Origin: a virus
Lineage: Duplodnaviria; Caudoviricetes
Reading direction: 5' to 3' (one strand)
Virus record (IMG/VR): IMGVR_UViG_3300030419_002074
Coordinates: 1-61,789 of that record
DNA length: 61,789 nucleotides
Below, one piece after another: positions 26,891 through 37,017 of this stretch. The stretch's first letter is position 1, and every line of letters starts with the position of its first letter. Below the pieces are notes generated by a model. The model searched no databases and was not told the origin of the DNA. It worked only from the letters and a program-made list of their open reading frames with translations. The translations under genes were made by a program, and so were the position numbers.

Positions 26891-27355
26891 ATGAGTAATA
26901 GTATTAGAACAATTTTAGGATTAACACTTGTTATTCTGGGTGTATTTTGGAATGATATTCGGGAAAGGATTCCTGATTTCACTCCTACTCCTGAAGTGGT
27001 GATCGCTATTGACGAACCTTCTGAAAAAACTAAAGAAAAAGTCTCAAGTATATCATCATTGGTAACCGATGATAATGATATGATAAATATGGCTATCTTT
27101 AATAAGGTTTTCTCTGATAGGCTTCTTTCATATGAAGCAACTAATCAGCAGGTAAACGATATATATACCTTAGCGGGCAAAGCTTTTTTTGAAGATACGT
27201 TAAAGGGTAAATACGAAGGACTTTCTTCCGCACTAACAAATCTCATGAAAGAAGAGCTAGGGGTTGAAGTCCATGAATTGACTGAAGAAGAAAAGATAAA
27301 CCTAAGCGAAGCATTTAGTGGATTAGCTTGGGCCTTACAGGAGAATAACAAATAA
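26891..27355 (+). CDS. membrane-anchored hypothetical protein
   Basis: AGGAG RBS, N-terminal TM. Confidence 0.7.
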   Translation: MSNSIRTILGLTLVILGVFWNDIRERIPDFTPTPEVVIAIDEPSEKTKEKVSSISSLVTDDNDMINMAIFNKVFSDRLLSYEATNQQVNDIYTLAGKAFFEDTLKGKYEGLSSALTNLMKEELGVEVHELTEEEKINLSEAFSGLAWALQENNK

Positions 27356-27582
27356 TGGATATCATTAAAGTAGCTAAAAATAGCCTACAAGCATCGCTTG
27401 AAAAAGCTGTTTTTGAAATCAACTCATGCCTATCTCGACCGCAAGAGAAGGGTGCCCTAGAGGATTTCAATAAAGCAATTCATAGTTACACAATGCTTTC
27501 GGGACAGATAGGAACATTGAATAAACTACAAGAACAAATTGAAGAACAGGAAGTAGTTCAAAAAGATGAAAAGCAAGATTAG
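27355..27582 (+). CDS. hypothetical protein
   Basis: 75-aa coupled ORF. Confidence 0.6.
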   Translation: MDIIKVAKNSLQASLEKAVFEINSCLSRPQEKGALEDFNKAIHSYTMLSGQIGTLNKLQEQIEEQEVVQKDEKQD

Positions 27583-27940
27583 TGTACTGATATTTGAGGC
27601 TGATGAAAGATTTAGCCCATTAGACAGCGGTTACTTAAGATTATTAGTAGATGAATCTTTCCAAGTTCCCAGCAAGTACATCTCGACAAAACAAATTGAT
27701 ACTACTATACAAGAACTATATAGCCAATATTGTCATCTAGATGTTAGATATGCCAACCCTATTCTATCAGATGTAAGATTGCATAACTCAGAAGTTGAGA
27801 TTTTGTATAGAACCATTATTCCACATGGAGTAGTAGGTATTAAAAGGGGACATTTACTACCACCACATTCTTTGGAGCTAGATAGTTTCTATGAAACAGC
27901 AATCCTCGAACAACCAAGATCATTATCCCAAAGATACTAA
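27566..27940 (+). CDS. hypothetical protein
   Basis: 124-aa ORF. Confidence 0.6.
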   Translation: MKSKISVLIFEADERFSPLDSGYLRLLVDESFQVPSKYISTKQIDTTIQELYSQYCHLDVRYANPILSDVRLHNSEVEILYRTIIPHGVVGIKRGHLLPPHSLELDSFYETAILEQPRSLSQRY

Positions 27941-28250
27941 CGAGCTACCCTCTGTATCAACTTTGACTATATCCGTAGATACCGCCGGAGAAATTAACTA
28001 TAATTGCGATTGGGACTCAAGCGAAGAAGGTATTATTGGTATATCTGCAATATTATATAAACTAATGTTAAGTGATTTAAGTATAAAAATTTTTGATGAA
28101 ATCAAAGCTCAGTGCGTATTAGATGATAATGAGCAAGATTTCCTAGCCATTGAAGAAACTATCAGGAGGTACTCTGCTATAGATGGAAAGACAGGAAAAG
28201 AGAAAGACGATGATATAGTTGTTCCACCTGATGAGATTATAAACCTTTAA
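27891..28250 (+). CDS. hypothetical protein
   Basis: 119-aa ORF. Confidence 0.6.
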   Translation: MKQQSSNNQDHYPKDTNELPSVSTLTISVDTAGEINYNCDWDSSEEGIIGISAILYKLMLSDLSIKIFDEIKAQCVLDDNEQDFLAIEETIRRYSAIDGKTGKEKDDDIVVPPDEIINL

Positions 28251-28265
28251 AATCTGGAGTAGGGC

Positions 28266-28913
28266 ATGAATACTGTAAAAAGAATAGCTTGGAAAAGCTG
28301 GAATGCCATAGAAGAAGTTTTATGTTACGAGCCTCAACTAGATATGGGAAACATTGACGACATAGATGATGAAGACGACATGGAGGCCATGAGTCCAGAA
28401 ATGCCGTTTCCATTTTTTCCAATCATTGAAACCACGCCGAAACTTTTACACACCCCTTTAGGTTTATACCCTGCCGACTCTATGTTTAAACCATCAGATA
28501 GATGGGATTGTTGGATAGGGCTAACTAATTTTAGCATAACAAATTCAATAAAGGATGTTTTAAAAAATGATGTAGAGGGAGTTGAGGCATTAAAGATATT
28601 GGGTAGATATACTTTTTTCGTCGGTGTTGCCGGACTATTTGATTTTAAAGATGTTAGAAAAGATATCGAGTCAAAGTTATGCGACTACACGGAACAAGAA
28701 GTACTGTCTGATAAAGAAACGCAACTAACAGTAGACCTAGTTAAAAAACAGCTAACAAAAAGCAAATACTGGTCTATATTAGTAGCACCTTCAGGCAAAG
28801 TAGATTACGTTGTTTCAGAAAGTTTAGATGAAAAATATCTTAGCGGACTGAATGAATTATTGGAACTTAAACAAAACCTTGGTGGAATTATCTTAAGAGG
28901 AGATCATGGATAA
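28266..28913 (+). CDS. hypothetical protein
   Basis: 215 aa, GGAG RBS. Confidence 0.7.
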   Translation: MNTVKRIAWKSWNAIEEVLCYEPQLDMGNIDDIDDEDDMEAMSPEMPFPFFPIIETTPKLLHTPLGLYPADSMFKPSDRWDCWIGLTNFSITNSIKDVLKNDVEGVEALKILGRYTFFVGVAGLFDFKDVRKDIESKLCDYTEQEVLSDKETQLTVDLVKKQLTKSKYWSILVAPSGKVDYVVSESLDEKYLSGLNELLELKQNLGGIILRGDHG

Positions 28914-29373
28914 TAAAAAATTTGAAGAATATTGGACAAGCTCGGACATTCAGAATATAATGAATAAGGTTGCAAACAGGTATAAAAACTCTATAGATTT
29001 TGACGAGATAGAGTCTATTAAGATGCAAACTGTATGGAAGTGCATAGACAAATACGATCCAGATAGGGGTACTAAATTTACCTCCTACCTATACCAGCAG
29101 CTAACCTTCGCTCTTAAAAACAAAATCAAAAAGAAACGTATGGAATTTAACGTAGATATTGTTGATGATGTGGATAGAAAGCAGCAGGAGAGAATGGAAG
29201 TGCAGGACATCTTAATGGGGTTAGACCCAGAAGATAGAGATGTGCTAAATAAAAGATACTACCATAACATGACAATGCTTGAAATAGGAAATTCTAATGG
29301 CTACAGTAGAGAAACAGCCAGAAGAAGATTAAAGAAAGCACTAAAAATTTGTCAAAAAAATTGTTTTAGTTAA
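28906..29373 (+). CDS. sigma-70 family RNA polymerase sigma factor
   Basis: region 2 KYDPDRGTKFTSYLY; region 4 HTH MTMLEIG...SRETARRRLKKAL. Confidence 0.85.
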   Translation: MDNKKFEEYWTSSDIQNIMNKVANRYKNSIDFDEIESIKMQTVWKCIDKYDPDRGTKFTSYLYQQLTFALKNKIKKKRMEFNVDIVDDVDRKQQERMEVQDILMGLDPEDRDVLNKRYYHNMTMLEIGNSNGYSRETARRRLKKALKICQKNCFS

Positions 29374-29380
29374 TTTTATT

Positions 29381-29394
29381 TGCGTATATATAAT
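29381..29394 (+). promoter_or_regulatory. putative phage late promoter
   Basis: TGCGTATATATAAT without a -35 element, upstream of a virion-like gene. Confidence 0.45.
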
Positions 29395-29472
29395 TAGGAA
29401 CCGGACCTTCTACGGATAATTTGGAATATCATATTGGTAAAAACTTTCTTTTTTCCGTAGGAGGAATATACT

Positions 29473-30216
29473 ATGGCCGTTCCCGGTTCAACTGCAAACT
29501 ATCTGCGTGGTACAAAAAATACTGCGTATACCGCACAGACTCAAGGTGGTACAATTCTTGGCAATACCGAAACAGGTGATGCCATTACAAACGCCTTGGC
29601 TTTAAAAGATAACTCTACCGACTTCGGTAGAATCCCTTATCCTGTAGCAAGCACTACTTCTGGTTCTATAGCCTATAACATTAAGGCTCAAGGATCTAAT
29701 GGTACTTTCTGTTGGGATGGTGGAACTGATCAGGGTGAAAGATTCGCAATGATGGGCTACAGTACCAAACTTGGTAACTATGCCAATACCGCAATCCAGA
29801 AAACTGGTGCTGATCCAAGCAATATGGCTGGACGCAGAGCTATCGCTCAGTTCATGCATCAATTTGGTGCGGACACTACTAGCCTTATTAGAAAGAACCG
29901 ATTCTCTTATACTGGCTTCTTTAACAATGGTAACAAGATTAGTTCTCGTCACCTCTTCATGAACGCTGCTGGTACTGCTATCGCAGACCCAAGTACTCTG
30001 ACTGGAAACCTTGTATGGGCACCGGGTGGTTCATCTAGAAACGGCTCTGGAGCTTTGGCTAGCTTCACTGACGTAGCTGCTAACCCAACTCGTGCTATTC
30101 CGGGCCGCTTGGTAATGCAGGCGAGCTTTGTTGTAGATGCTACAGAGGGTGATCCTTGGTCCGCTACCAGAGATGGTGGATCTGACTTCTATGACTACAA
30201 GCCAATTAACGGCTAA
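29473..30216 (+). CDS. putative virion structural protein
   Basis: G/A/T/S-rich composition, strong AGGAGG RBS, own promoter and terminator. Confidence 0.55.
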   Translation: MAVPGSTANYLRGTKNTAYTAQTQGGTILGNTETGDAITNALALKDNSTDFGRIPYPVASTTSGSIAYNIKAQGSNGTFCWDGGTDQGERFAMMGYSTKLGNYANTAIQKTGADPSNMAGRRAIAQFMHQFGADTTSLIRKNRFSYTGFFNNGNKISSRHLFMNAAGTAIADPSTLTGNLVWAPGGSSRNGSGALASFTDVAANPTRAIPGRLVMQASFVVDATEGDPWSATRDGGSDFYDYKPING

Positions 30217-30235
30217 GTCTAATCTGTTTTACATA

Positions 30236-30263
30236 GCGGGGTCACCTCGGTGGCCTCGCTTTT
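30236..30263 (+). terminator. Rho-independent terminator
   Basis: GCGGGGTCA/TGGCCTCGC stem plus TTTT. Confidence 0.75.
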
Positions 30264-30287
30264 AACAGTCATCAGAGGGTTTTTAAA

Positions 30288-30605
30288 ATGAACGACACTT
30301 GGGATTTAATAAGAAATGTAGCCGAAGTAGTAGGGATGTTTTTCATTCCGGTAATGGCTTGGGTGCTATACACCATTGTCAATCATGGAAAGCAGATAAT
30401 CGTGTTAGAACAAAAAGTAAATGAGTCCTTGAATCAACGCATGGGACGTATTGAAAAGCGTGTCGGCGGGATTGAGGACAAGATAGAACAGATGAGCGAA
30501 AACGTTACCGAGTGCAAAATGGTCGTTAACGACAATAAGCATCTTCAGGGTGAGATTAGTCAGAAGTTTGACATACTCCTTCAAAGGATGAATCAGCAGG
30601 GCTAA
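30288..30605 (+). CDS. TM plus coiled-coil protein
   Basis: N-terminal TM, heptad repeats. Confidence 0.65.
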   Translation: MNDTWDLIRNVAEVVGMFFIPVMAWVLYTIVNHGKQIIVLEQKVNESLNQRMGRIEKRVGGIEDKIEQMSENVTECKMVVNDNKHLQGEISQKFDILLQRMNQQG

Positions 30606-30669
30606 GACTCTCGATCTTCAAAATAAACCGTTTGTGTTGTAAAAAATAGCACAAGCGGTTTTTTTTATG

Positions 30670-30698
30670 TTGACAAAATTGATTGTATGGTGTATAAT
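30670..30698 (+). promoter_or_regulatory. sigma70-type promoter for nrdAB
   Basis: TTGACA-17nt-TATAAT with TG extension. Confidence 0.75.
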
Positions 30699-30744
30699 AA
30701 GTACAAACCTATAAATAAATTGAAATAACAAAGGATATTCGTAT

Positions 30745-32973
30745 ATGCAAGTCAAGAAAAGGAGTGGAGAGAAAGAAGCTTTCTCGGTTGAGAAGATACA
30801 CAAGGTAGTAGAGTGGGCAACAAAAGGAATAAACGGAGTATCCTTTTCTGACATTGAGATGAATGCAAACTTATCTATTTATGACGGAATCAGCAGCGAA
30901 GAAATTCATCAAATACTTATCAAGTCCGCCAACGATTTAATATCTACAAGCTCTCCTAACTATCAGTATGTTGCCGCCAGATTACTCAATATGCATCTCA
31001 GAAAAGATGTATGGGGATATGGAGATCAACCAACAGACTTCTTACTATTCCTACAGAGAAATGTTGATAACGGAATATACGATCCTAGTATTTTAGAAAA
31101 GTGGAAAGAATCTCAAATTGATTCTTTGGGCAAGTATATATCTCATGGTAGGGATGACCTGTTTACATATGCAGGACTACAGCAACTTATAGATAAATAT
31201 CTCGTCAAAAATCGTAGCACCGGAGTAATCTATGAAACTCCTCAGTTTGCCTACATGTGCATTGCCATGTGTTTATTCGATACTCTAGACGAGGTAAAGA
31301 AAGCATATGATTGCTACTCTACGTTTAAGATTAATCTTCCTACTCCTATTATGGCTGGAGTACGTACTAATATTCGCCAGTTCGCAAGCTGTGTTCTGGT
31401 TGATGTTGATGATAACCTTGATGGTATATTCTCAAGCATTCATGCAGTTGGCAAGTATACGGCAAGAAGAGCGGGTATCGGACTTAACATCGGAAGAATG
31501 AGGCCTATCAACTCCCCGATTAGAGGGGGTGAAGTAATTCACACCGGAGTAATTCCTTATCTTAAAAACTTTGAGTCAGCAGTTAAGTCTACGAGTCAAA
31601 ATGGATTACGTGGAGGCTCCGCTACGGTACATATCCCGTTTTGGCACTTTGAAATAGAAGACGTTGTAGTCCTAAAGAATAATGCTGGAACTGACGATAA
31701 TAGAGTTCGTAAGCTTGACTATTCTATTCAGTTTTGCAAACTATTTTATGATCGCTTGATAGCCAATGAAGACATCACGCTTTTTAGTCCTCATGAAGCA
31801 GTTGGCTTGTACGAGGCCTTTGGAGACAATGAGAAGTTTGAGGAATTATATTTAAAATACGAAAATTCAAGGTCTTTAAAATTTAGAAAAAAAATACCAG
31901 CCAGAAAGTTAGCAGAGAGCTTTGCTCGTGAAAGACTTGAGACAGGACGTATCTATAGTATGAATTTAGACAACGCTAATGAGCACGGGTCATGGAACGT
32001 TCCTGTTTACATGTCCAATCTATGTCAGGAGATAATTCATCCTACAGTTCCAATACAGTCTATAGACGATCCCGAAGGTGAAATAGGAATCTGTATTTTG
32101 TCGGCATTAAATCTACTAGAGCTAAGTAATGAAAAAGACATAGCAGAAGCCTGTAGAATGGCCGTAAGAACCCTAGAGTCCGTAATAGATTACCAAAATT
32201 ACCCCGTACTAGCTGGAGAAAACTTTACTAAGAACAGAAGGTCTCTGGGGATTGGTATAACTAATCTTGCTGGGTTCTTAGCTAAGAATAAGCTTACGTA
32301 TGACGATCCAGAGGCTTTAGAATTAGTTCACGAAACTATGGAGCAAATACAATGGAATTTAATTAGTGCCTCCTGCGAGTTAGCTGAAGAAAAGGGGGCT
32401 TGTGAAAAATTCGACGAGACTAAATATTCTAAAGGATTACTACCCATCGACTGGTACAAAAAAAGCGTGGACGATTTAGTTAAGCCTAAATATAATATGG
32501 ACTGGAAAGAGCTAAGAAAAAGAGTTAAAGAACATGGTCTTAGACATTCTACGCTCTCAGCTATTATGCCCTGTGAGTCCTCTAGCGTAATCCAAAATAG
32601 TACTAACGGTATTGAGCCTGTCAGAAGCTTACTAATTCACAAGAAGGCTAAGAACGGCGTTCTGAAGCAACTTGTACCAAATTACCATATGCGAAAAAAA
32701 TATTATACTTTAGCTTGGGAAATGGAAGACAACAAGGCTATAATGAATATAGCAGCAGTTATTCAAAAGTTTGTAGATATGAGTATGAGTACTAATTTAT
32801 ACTATAACTATTCTCATTATGAAGATGGTAATATACCATTAAGTATTTTAATCAAAGATCAGATATACGGATATAAATACGGTCTAAAAAATTTCTACTA
32901 TGCCAATACGCCAGACGGAGACGGCGACACAGAGAAAGGCATGAATTGTGAATCTGGAGCATGTGCTATATGA
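30745..32973 (+). CDS. nrdA: ribonucleotide reductase class Ia alpha subunit
   Basis: ATP cone, PTPIMAG..QFASC, SNLCQEI, STNGIEP, C-terminal CESGAC. Confidence 0.97.
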   Translation: MQVKKRSGEKEAFSVEKIHKVVEWATKGINGVSFSDIEMNANLSIYDGISSEEIHQILIKSANDLISTSSPNYQYVAARLLNMHLRKDVWGYGDQPTDFLLFLQRNVDNGIYDPSILEKWKESQIDSLGKYISHGRDDLFTYAGLQQLIDKYLVKNRSTGVIYETPQFAYMCIAMCLFDTLDEVKKAYDCYSTFKINLPTPIMAGVRTNIRQFASCVLVDVDDNLDGIFSSIHAVGKYTARRAGIGLNIGRMRPINSPIRGGEVIHTGVIPYLKNFESAVKSTSQNGLRGGSATVHIPFWHFEIEDVVVLKNNAGTDDNRVRKLDYSIQFCKLFYDRLIANEDITLFSPHEAVGLYEAFGDNEKFEELYLKYENSRSLKFRKKIPARKLAESFARERLETGRIYSMNLDNANEHGSWNVPVYMSNLCQEIIHPTVPIQSIDDPEGEIGICILSALNLLELSNEKDIAEACRMAVRTLESVIDYQNYPVLAGENFTKNRRSLGIGITNLAGFLAKNKLTYDDPEALELVHETMEQIQWNLISASCELAEEKGACEKFDETKYSKGLLPIDWYKKSVDDLVKPKYNMDWKELRKRVKEHGLRHSTLSAIMPCESSSVIQNSTNGIEPVRSLLIHKKAKNGVLKQLVPNYHMRKKYYTLAWEMEDNKAIMNIAAVIQKFVDMSMSTNLYYNYSHYEDGNIPLSILIKDQIYGYKYGLKNFYYANTPDGDGDTEKGMNCESGACAI

Positions 32974-34040
32974 AAACTATATTTAACACCAAAAATATAG
33001 ACCCAATGAGCCAACCTTTGTTTTTAGGAAAGGACTTGGGTGTACAAAGATACGACGTGGTTAAGTATCCCGTTTTTAAAAGTCTTGATAGCAAGCAGAT
33101 GATGAACTTTTGGAGACCGGAAGAAATCGAGCTAAAAAAAGATCGTGGAGATTTCAAAGAGATGTCTGACAATGAGAAGTTTATTTTTACTTCTAATCTA
33201 AAATATCAGACAATGTTAGATAGCGTTATTTGCAGAGGTGTTCCCACTCTTTTGGAATATGTGACCAATACAGAACTAGAGGCATGTCTCATGACGTGGC
33301 AGTTCTTTGAAAAAATTCACAGTCAATCCTACTCTTATATTATACAAAATGTATACGCTGACAGTAGTGAGGTTTTTGGCGGCATATATGAAGACAAGGA
33401 GATAATGAAAAGGGCGAACAGTGCTATATTAGATTACAATAACCTAATGAATATGTCTTGTGACCCCACAAAAATCTCAGACCTAAAGAAGCAAATTTAT
33501 ATGACTGTCATGAGTATCAACATACTAGAGGCGGTAAGGTTCTATGTCTCCTTCATTTGTTCTTTTGCTTTCGCAGAAAATAAAAAGATGGTCGGGAACG
33601 CAGACATTATCAAATTGATCAAAAGAGACGAGGCTCTACATCTAACTAACACCAAAGAAATATTAAAAATATTGCAGACCGAGGAAAGCGAGGGTTTTGT
33701 AAAAACCGCACAGAGATGTGAAGCCGACGCAGTGGAGATGTTTGAAAGAGCAGCAGAGCAAGAAAAAGAATGGGCTTCATATCTATTTAAGGATGGATCA
33801 ATTATTGGACTCAACGAAGTTGTCTTACATCAGTATGTTGACTGGTTATGCATGTCTAGAAGAAAGATGATAGGACTACCATACGAGAACGTGGGGAAAA
33901 ACCCTATAGCCGGATGGACTCAAGCTTGGATGAGCAGCGAATCAGTACAGGTTGCTCCGCAGGAGCATGAGATCACTAGCTATAAAATAGGTGCAAGTAA
34001 AAACGACCTTGAGGACATGGACTTAGGAGATATACTTTAA
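32970..34040 (+). CDS. nrdB: ribonucleotide reductase class Ia beta subunit
   Basis: FWRPEE, EKIHSQSY, EAVRFYVSF, RDEALH, VAPQE..SY. Confidence 0.96.
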   Translation: MKTIFNTKNIDPMSQPLFLGKDLGVQRYDVVKYPVFKSLDSKQMMNFWRPEEIELKKDRGDFKEMSDNEKFIFTSNLKYQTMLDSVICRGVPTLLEYVTNTELEACLMTWQFFEKIHSQSYSYIIQNVYADSSEVFGGIYEDKEIMKRANSAILDYNNLMNMSCDPTKISDLKKQIYMTVMSINILEAVRFYVSFICSFAFAENKKMVGNADIIKLIKRDEALHLTNTKEILKILQTEESEGFVKTAQRCEADAVEMFERAAEQEKEWASYLFKDGSIIGLNEVVLHQYVDWLCMSRRKMIGLPYENVGKNPIAGWTQAWMSSESVQVAPQEHEITSYKIGASKNDLEDMDLGDIL

Positions 34041-34112
34041 TGTGGTCTTTAGAAGTTATCATAGCCTTGAACAAAAAGGCACAAGAAGAGTATGACTCTA
34101 AAAAGGAAAAAG

Positions 34113-34742
34113 ATGAAGAACAAGATTGAACTATTAGGATATTATGGTAGCGATGAAATAATAGCGTGCTCTGCTTGGACTTCTACCTCTAGAAATCTAA
34201 CGGAAGACAAACGTAATCGCATTGGTAAGTTAATTAATATGCTGTGGAGTGAAGGACATGAAACACCATTTGAAAAGGGTGTGGTTCATTTTCTTGTTGA
34301 TACTGATATTGCGTCTCACATACACCTACTTAAGCATAGAATATCTTCTCTCAATGCTGAGAGTGCTCGGTATAAAGAATTAAAAGAAGACAAGTCTTAC
34401 ATACCTCAAGACTGGCCTGAACACTGGAGGGACTTGCTTAGACACCACACAGAGCAAAGCGACAGACTATATCATATTTGCATTGAAGAACTAACGGAGG
34501 ATTTAGGCAGAAAAAGAGCAAAAGAATCGGCACGATTTTTTAAGACATATAATAGTCAGATTCAGGCTGACATCATGTTTAACATGCGTAGCTTTGCTAA
34601 CTTTATAAAGCTAAGAAATAGTGAACACGCACAGGTCGAGATTAGAGAGATCGCACAAGAGATGTGGAATTTAGTAGAAAGTATTGAAGGGGAACCGTTT
34701 AAGCACACGCTTGAGGCTATTAAATGCCGAATTGTAGGATAA
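34113..34742 (+). CDS. thyX: flavin-dependent thymidylate synthase
   Basis: HETPFE, KHRISSLNAESARY, LRNSEHAQVEIR. Confidence 0.93.
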   Translation: MKNKIELLGYYGSDEIIACSAWTSTSRNLTEDKRNRIGKLINMLWSEGHETPFEKGVVHFLVDTDIASHIHLLKHRISSLNAESARYKELKEDKSYIPQDWPEHWRDLLRHHTEQSDRLYHICIEELTEDLGRKRAKESARFFKTYNSQIQADIMFNMRSFANFIKLRNSEHAQVEIREIAQEMWNLVESIEGEPFKHTLEAIKCRIVG

Positions 34743-34762
34743 TATTTTAGAAGAGAAGTAAA

Positions 34763-35125
34763 ATGAAAATAGAAACATCCAATGGAGATATACTAGACAA
34801 AATATCTATACTGATGATTAAATCCGAAAGAATTACGGATGAACAAAAACTTAAAAACATAAACAATGAACTAATAGAACTGTCTCCATGTCTGTTGGAG
34901 CTTGCAGATTTTTTCGAGATATTTGAGGATCTTAAAGCAACAAACGAATCGCTCTGGGACATTGAAAATAAAATAAGGGAAAAGGAAATACAAAAGTGTT
35001 TTGATGAAGACTTTATAGAATTGGCTAGGTCTGTATATAAGTATAACGACGAAAGAGCAAGATTAAAAAGGTTAATTAACTTACAAAGTGAATCCAATTT
35101 TATAGAAGAAAAATCATATACTTGA
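34763..35125 (+). CDS. DUF6165-like protein
   Basis: S.GDILDKISILMIK, LWDIE..IR, FIELARSVY..ND.RA..K..IN, EEKSY. Confidence 0.75.
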   Translation: MKIETSNGDILDKISILMIKSERITDEQKLKNINNELIELSPCLLELADFFEIFEDLKATNESLWDIENKIREKEIQKCFDEDFIELARSVYKYNDERARLKRLINLQSESNFIEEKSYT

Positions 35126-35150
35126 ATACTAATCAATAGCAAGGAAAAAA

Positions 35151-35606
35151 ATGTCAAATAATTTTGCAATGCCTAAATTGAAAATAGCTAATCCTGACTG
35201 CACCGAAGTGAGGAGAGTCTATTTTGAAAATACCGATAATTTTGGATATGGTGTATTCGCTACACGGGATATCAAAAAAAATGAAATGATAGAAGAGGGT
35301 ACGTACTTCTTGACGGGCTTCTTCAACACCAAGGAGGATGCGGAGCATATACGTGGGCTTCCTCAGTACTGCTGGACAATGAAATGTGGTTGCGATCAAT
35401 GTAAGGATAAAAACGAACTACAATATATAGTAACTACAGGAAACACAATGTTATACAACCATTCAGAAGACTTTAATGCGGTTGTATCTATAGTCAGATC
35501 AGAGCGTATTGTTAGGATTTACGCCAGAAGAGACATCACAAAAGATGAGGAGCTGTTTGCAAACTATGGCAAGGGCTATAACTTTTGGTACCAAAGTAGA
35601 CACTAG
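35151..35606 (+). CDS. SET-domain methyltransferase
   Basis: GYGVFATRDI, YNHS, ELFANYG. Confidence 0.85.
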   Translation: MSNNFAMPKLKIANPDCTEVRRVYFENTDNFGYGVFATRDIKKNEMIEEGTYFLTGFFNTKEDAEHIRGLPQYCWTMKCGCDQCKDKNELQYIVTTGNTMLYNHSEDFNAVVSIVRSERIVRIYARRDITKDEELFANYGKGYNFWYQSRH

Positions 35607-36374
35607 ATGAACATTCTTAATTATATCGAAATACATAGTGTTGATCATTGTACTTTATCCTGCAATTATTGTTCACACGACGCAGAAAATGCAGACGTTA
35701 AATCTTATTCGGCTGAAGACTACGATAGATGGTTCGATAAGCTTACCAAAAAAGGAATACTCTTTGATAACATATCTATCGCTGGCGGAGAGCCTTTAAT
35801 AAATAAAAAACTGCCTGAGCTTATAAGTATGTCCCGACGATATACCAACCAAAGGGTTGCAACGATGACTAATGGCTGGTGGCTCAGTAGCGACAATTCG
35901 GTAAGGAAGCAGGCAGACAGATTGGTTGGAGTAGACGATCTATGCGTAACCATATATCGCCCATACGTTGAAAAATTTGGCGGATTATCCGCAGTAGAAG
36001 AAAGGCTTGATTATCTACAGGAATTAATGCCCGGACTAAACATTGTAAGATGGGGTCAAAGAATAGTTAGAGACTTCGGTAAAATAGAATTTACTAACGA
36101 AAAAAAAGATACTGTTCCAGATTTTTATTGTGCTTTTATGGGGTGTAAGCAGCTATTGCACACGGGTATATTATTAGGCTGCTGTGCTTCTAGGCGTGTT
36201 ATTTCCATGCCAGCGGTAGATAAGTTTAGTATACAGGCCGACTTCAGTAAGGAGGAGTTTGTCTCGTGGTATAACAAGAATCCTCTCGATCTTTGCAATC
36301 ATTGCTCAATAGGAACTGAGGGGGTAACATATGTAGAATGGACCCAAAAAAAGAAAGATAACAATGACAAATGA
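35607..36374 (+). CDS. radical SAM protein
   Basis: CTLSCNYC, GGEP, TNG; extra C-terminal Cys (SPASM/twitch-like). Confidence 0.88.
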   Translation: MNILNYIEIHSVDHCTLSCNYCSHDAENADVKSYSAEDYDRWFDKLTKKGILFDNISIAGGEPLINKKLPELISMSRRYTNQRVATMTNGWWLSSDNSVRKQADRLVGVDDLCVTIYRPYVEKFGGLSAVEERLDYLQELMPGLNIVRWGQRIVRDFGKIEFTNEKKDTVPDFYCAFMGCKQLLHTGILLGCCASRRVISMPAVDKFSIQADFSKEEFVSWYNKNPLDLCNHCSIGTEGVTYVEWTQKKKDNNDK

Positions 36375-36567
36375 TGAAAGATATGGTGGTATTGTAGATT
36401 CTCTTATTGATAATATCTTAGAGAGATATGGTATCTCTGAGGAGCTAATAAAGAAAATTACTGGTATTATTGATGGCGTGGTAAAGAATGTCTCAGTCCA
36501 AGAAATCGGAGATGAAACATTTATAACGATACATTTGAATAATATTAATTTAAAATTCAAGAGGTGA
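36364..36567 (+). CDS. hypothetical protein
   Basis: 67-aa ORF. Confidence 0.55.
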   Translation: MTNDERYGGIVDSLIDNILERYGISEELIKKITGIIDGVVKNVSVQEIGDETFITIHLNNINLKFKR

Positions 36568-36572
36568 ATTTA

Positions 36573-36971
36573 ATGGACAAAATTACTTATGACGACAGAG
36601 AGCCTATGAATCCCGACCAAAAAGCTAGGATGGAAATGTTAATGAAGAAACGTAAGTTTTACGATCCTATACATGGAATATCGGGGCTAGTTGAAAATAT
36701 CACAAATTGGCATCATGAAAGGAATTTGATTGACGGAAGTTCTGATAAAGATCAAGTTTTAAAATTGATGCAGGAATTGGGCGAATTATCCGACTCTGTA
36801 TGTAAAGAAAAGGATATTAAGGATGATATTGGCGATATGTTGGTTGTTATGATTAATATTTGTGTGAGAAATGATTTGAGTCTTTATGAGTGCTTAAGAA
36901 CAGCCTATGAAGATATCAAGGATAGAAAAGGCAGAATGGTGGACGGAATTTTTGTAAAAGAGGACGATTAA
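36573..36971 (+). CDS. MazG-like nucleotide pyrophosphohydrolase
   Basis: KLMQELGEL, DDIGD, AYEDIKDRKGRMVDGIFVKE. Confidence 0.88.
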   Translation: MDKITYDDREPMNPDQKARMEMLMKKRKFYDPIHGISGLVENITNWHHERNLIDGSSDKDQVLKLMQELGELSDSVCKEKDIKDDIGDMLVVMINICVRNDLSLYECLRTAYEDIKDRKGRMVDGIFVKEDD

Positions 36972-36983
36972 TGAGTATATAAT
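36972..36983 (+). promoter_or_regulatory. putative phage late promoter
   Basis: TGAGTATATAAT upstream of a structural-like gene. Confidence 0.45.
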
Positions 36984-37017
36984 ATTGAATGACACCATAT
37001 TGAACAGGATAACTTAA

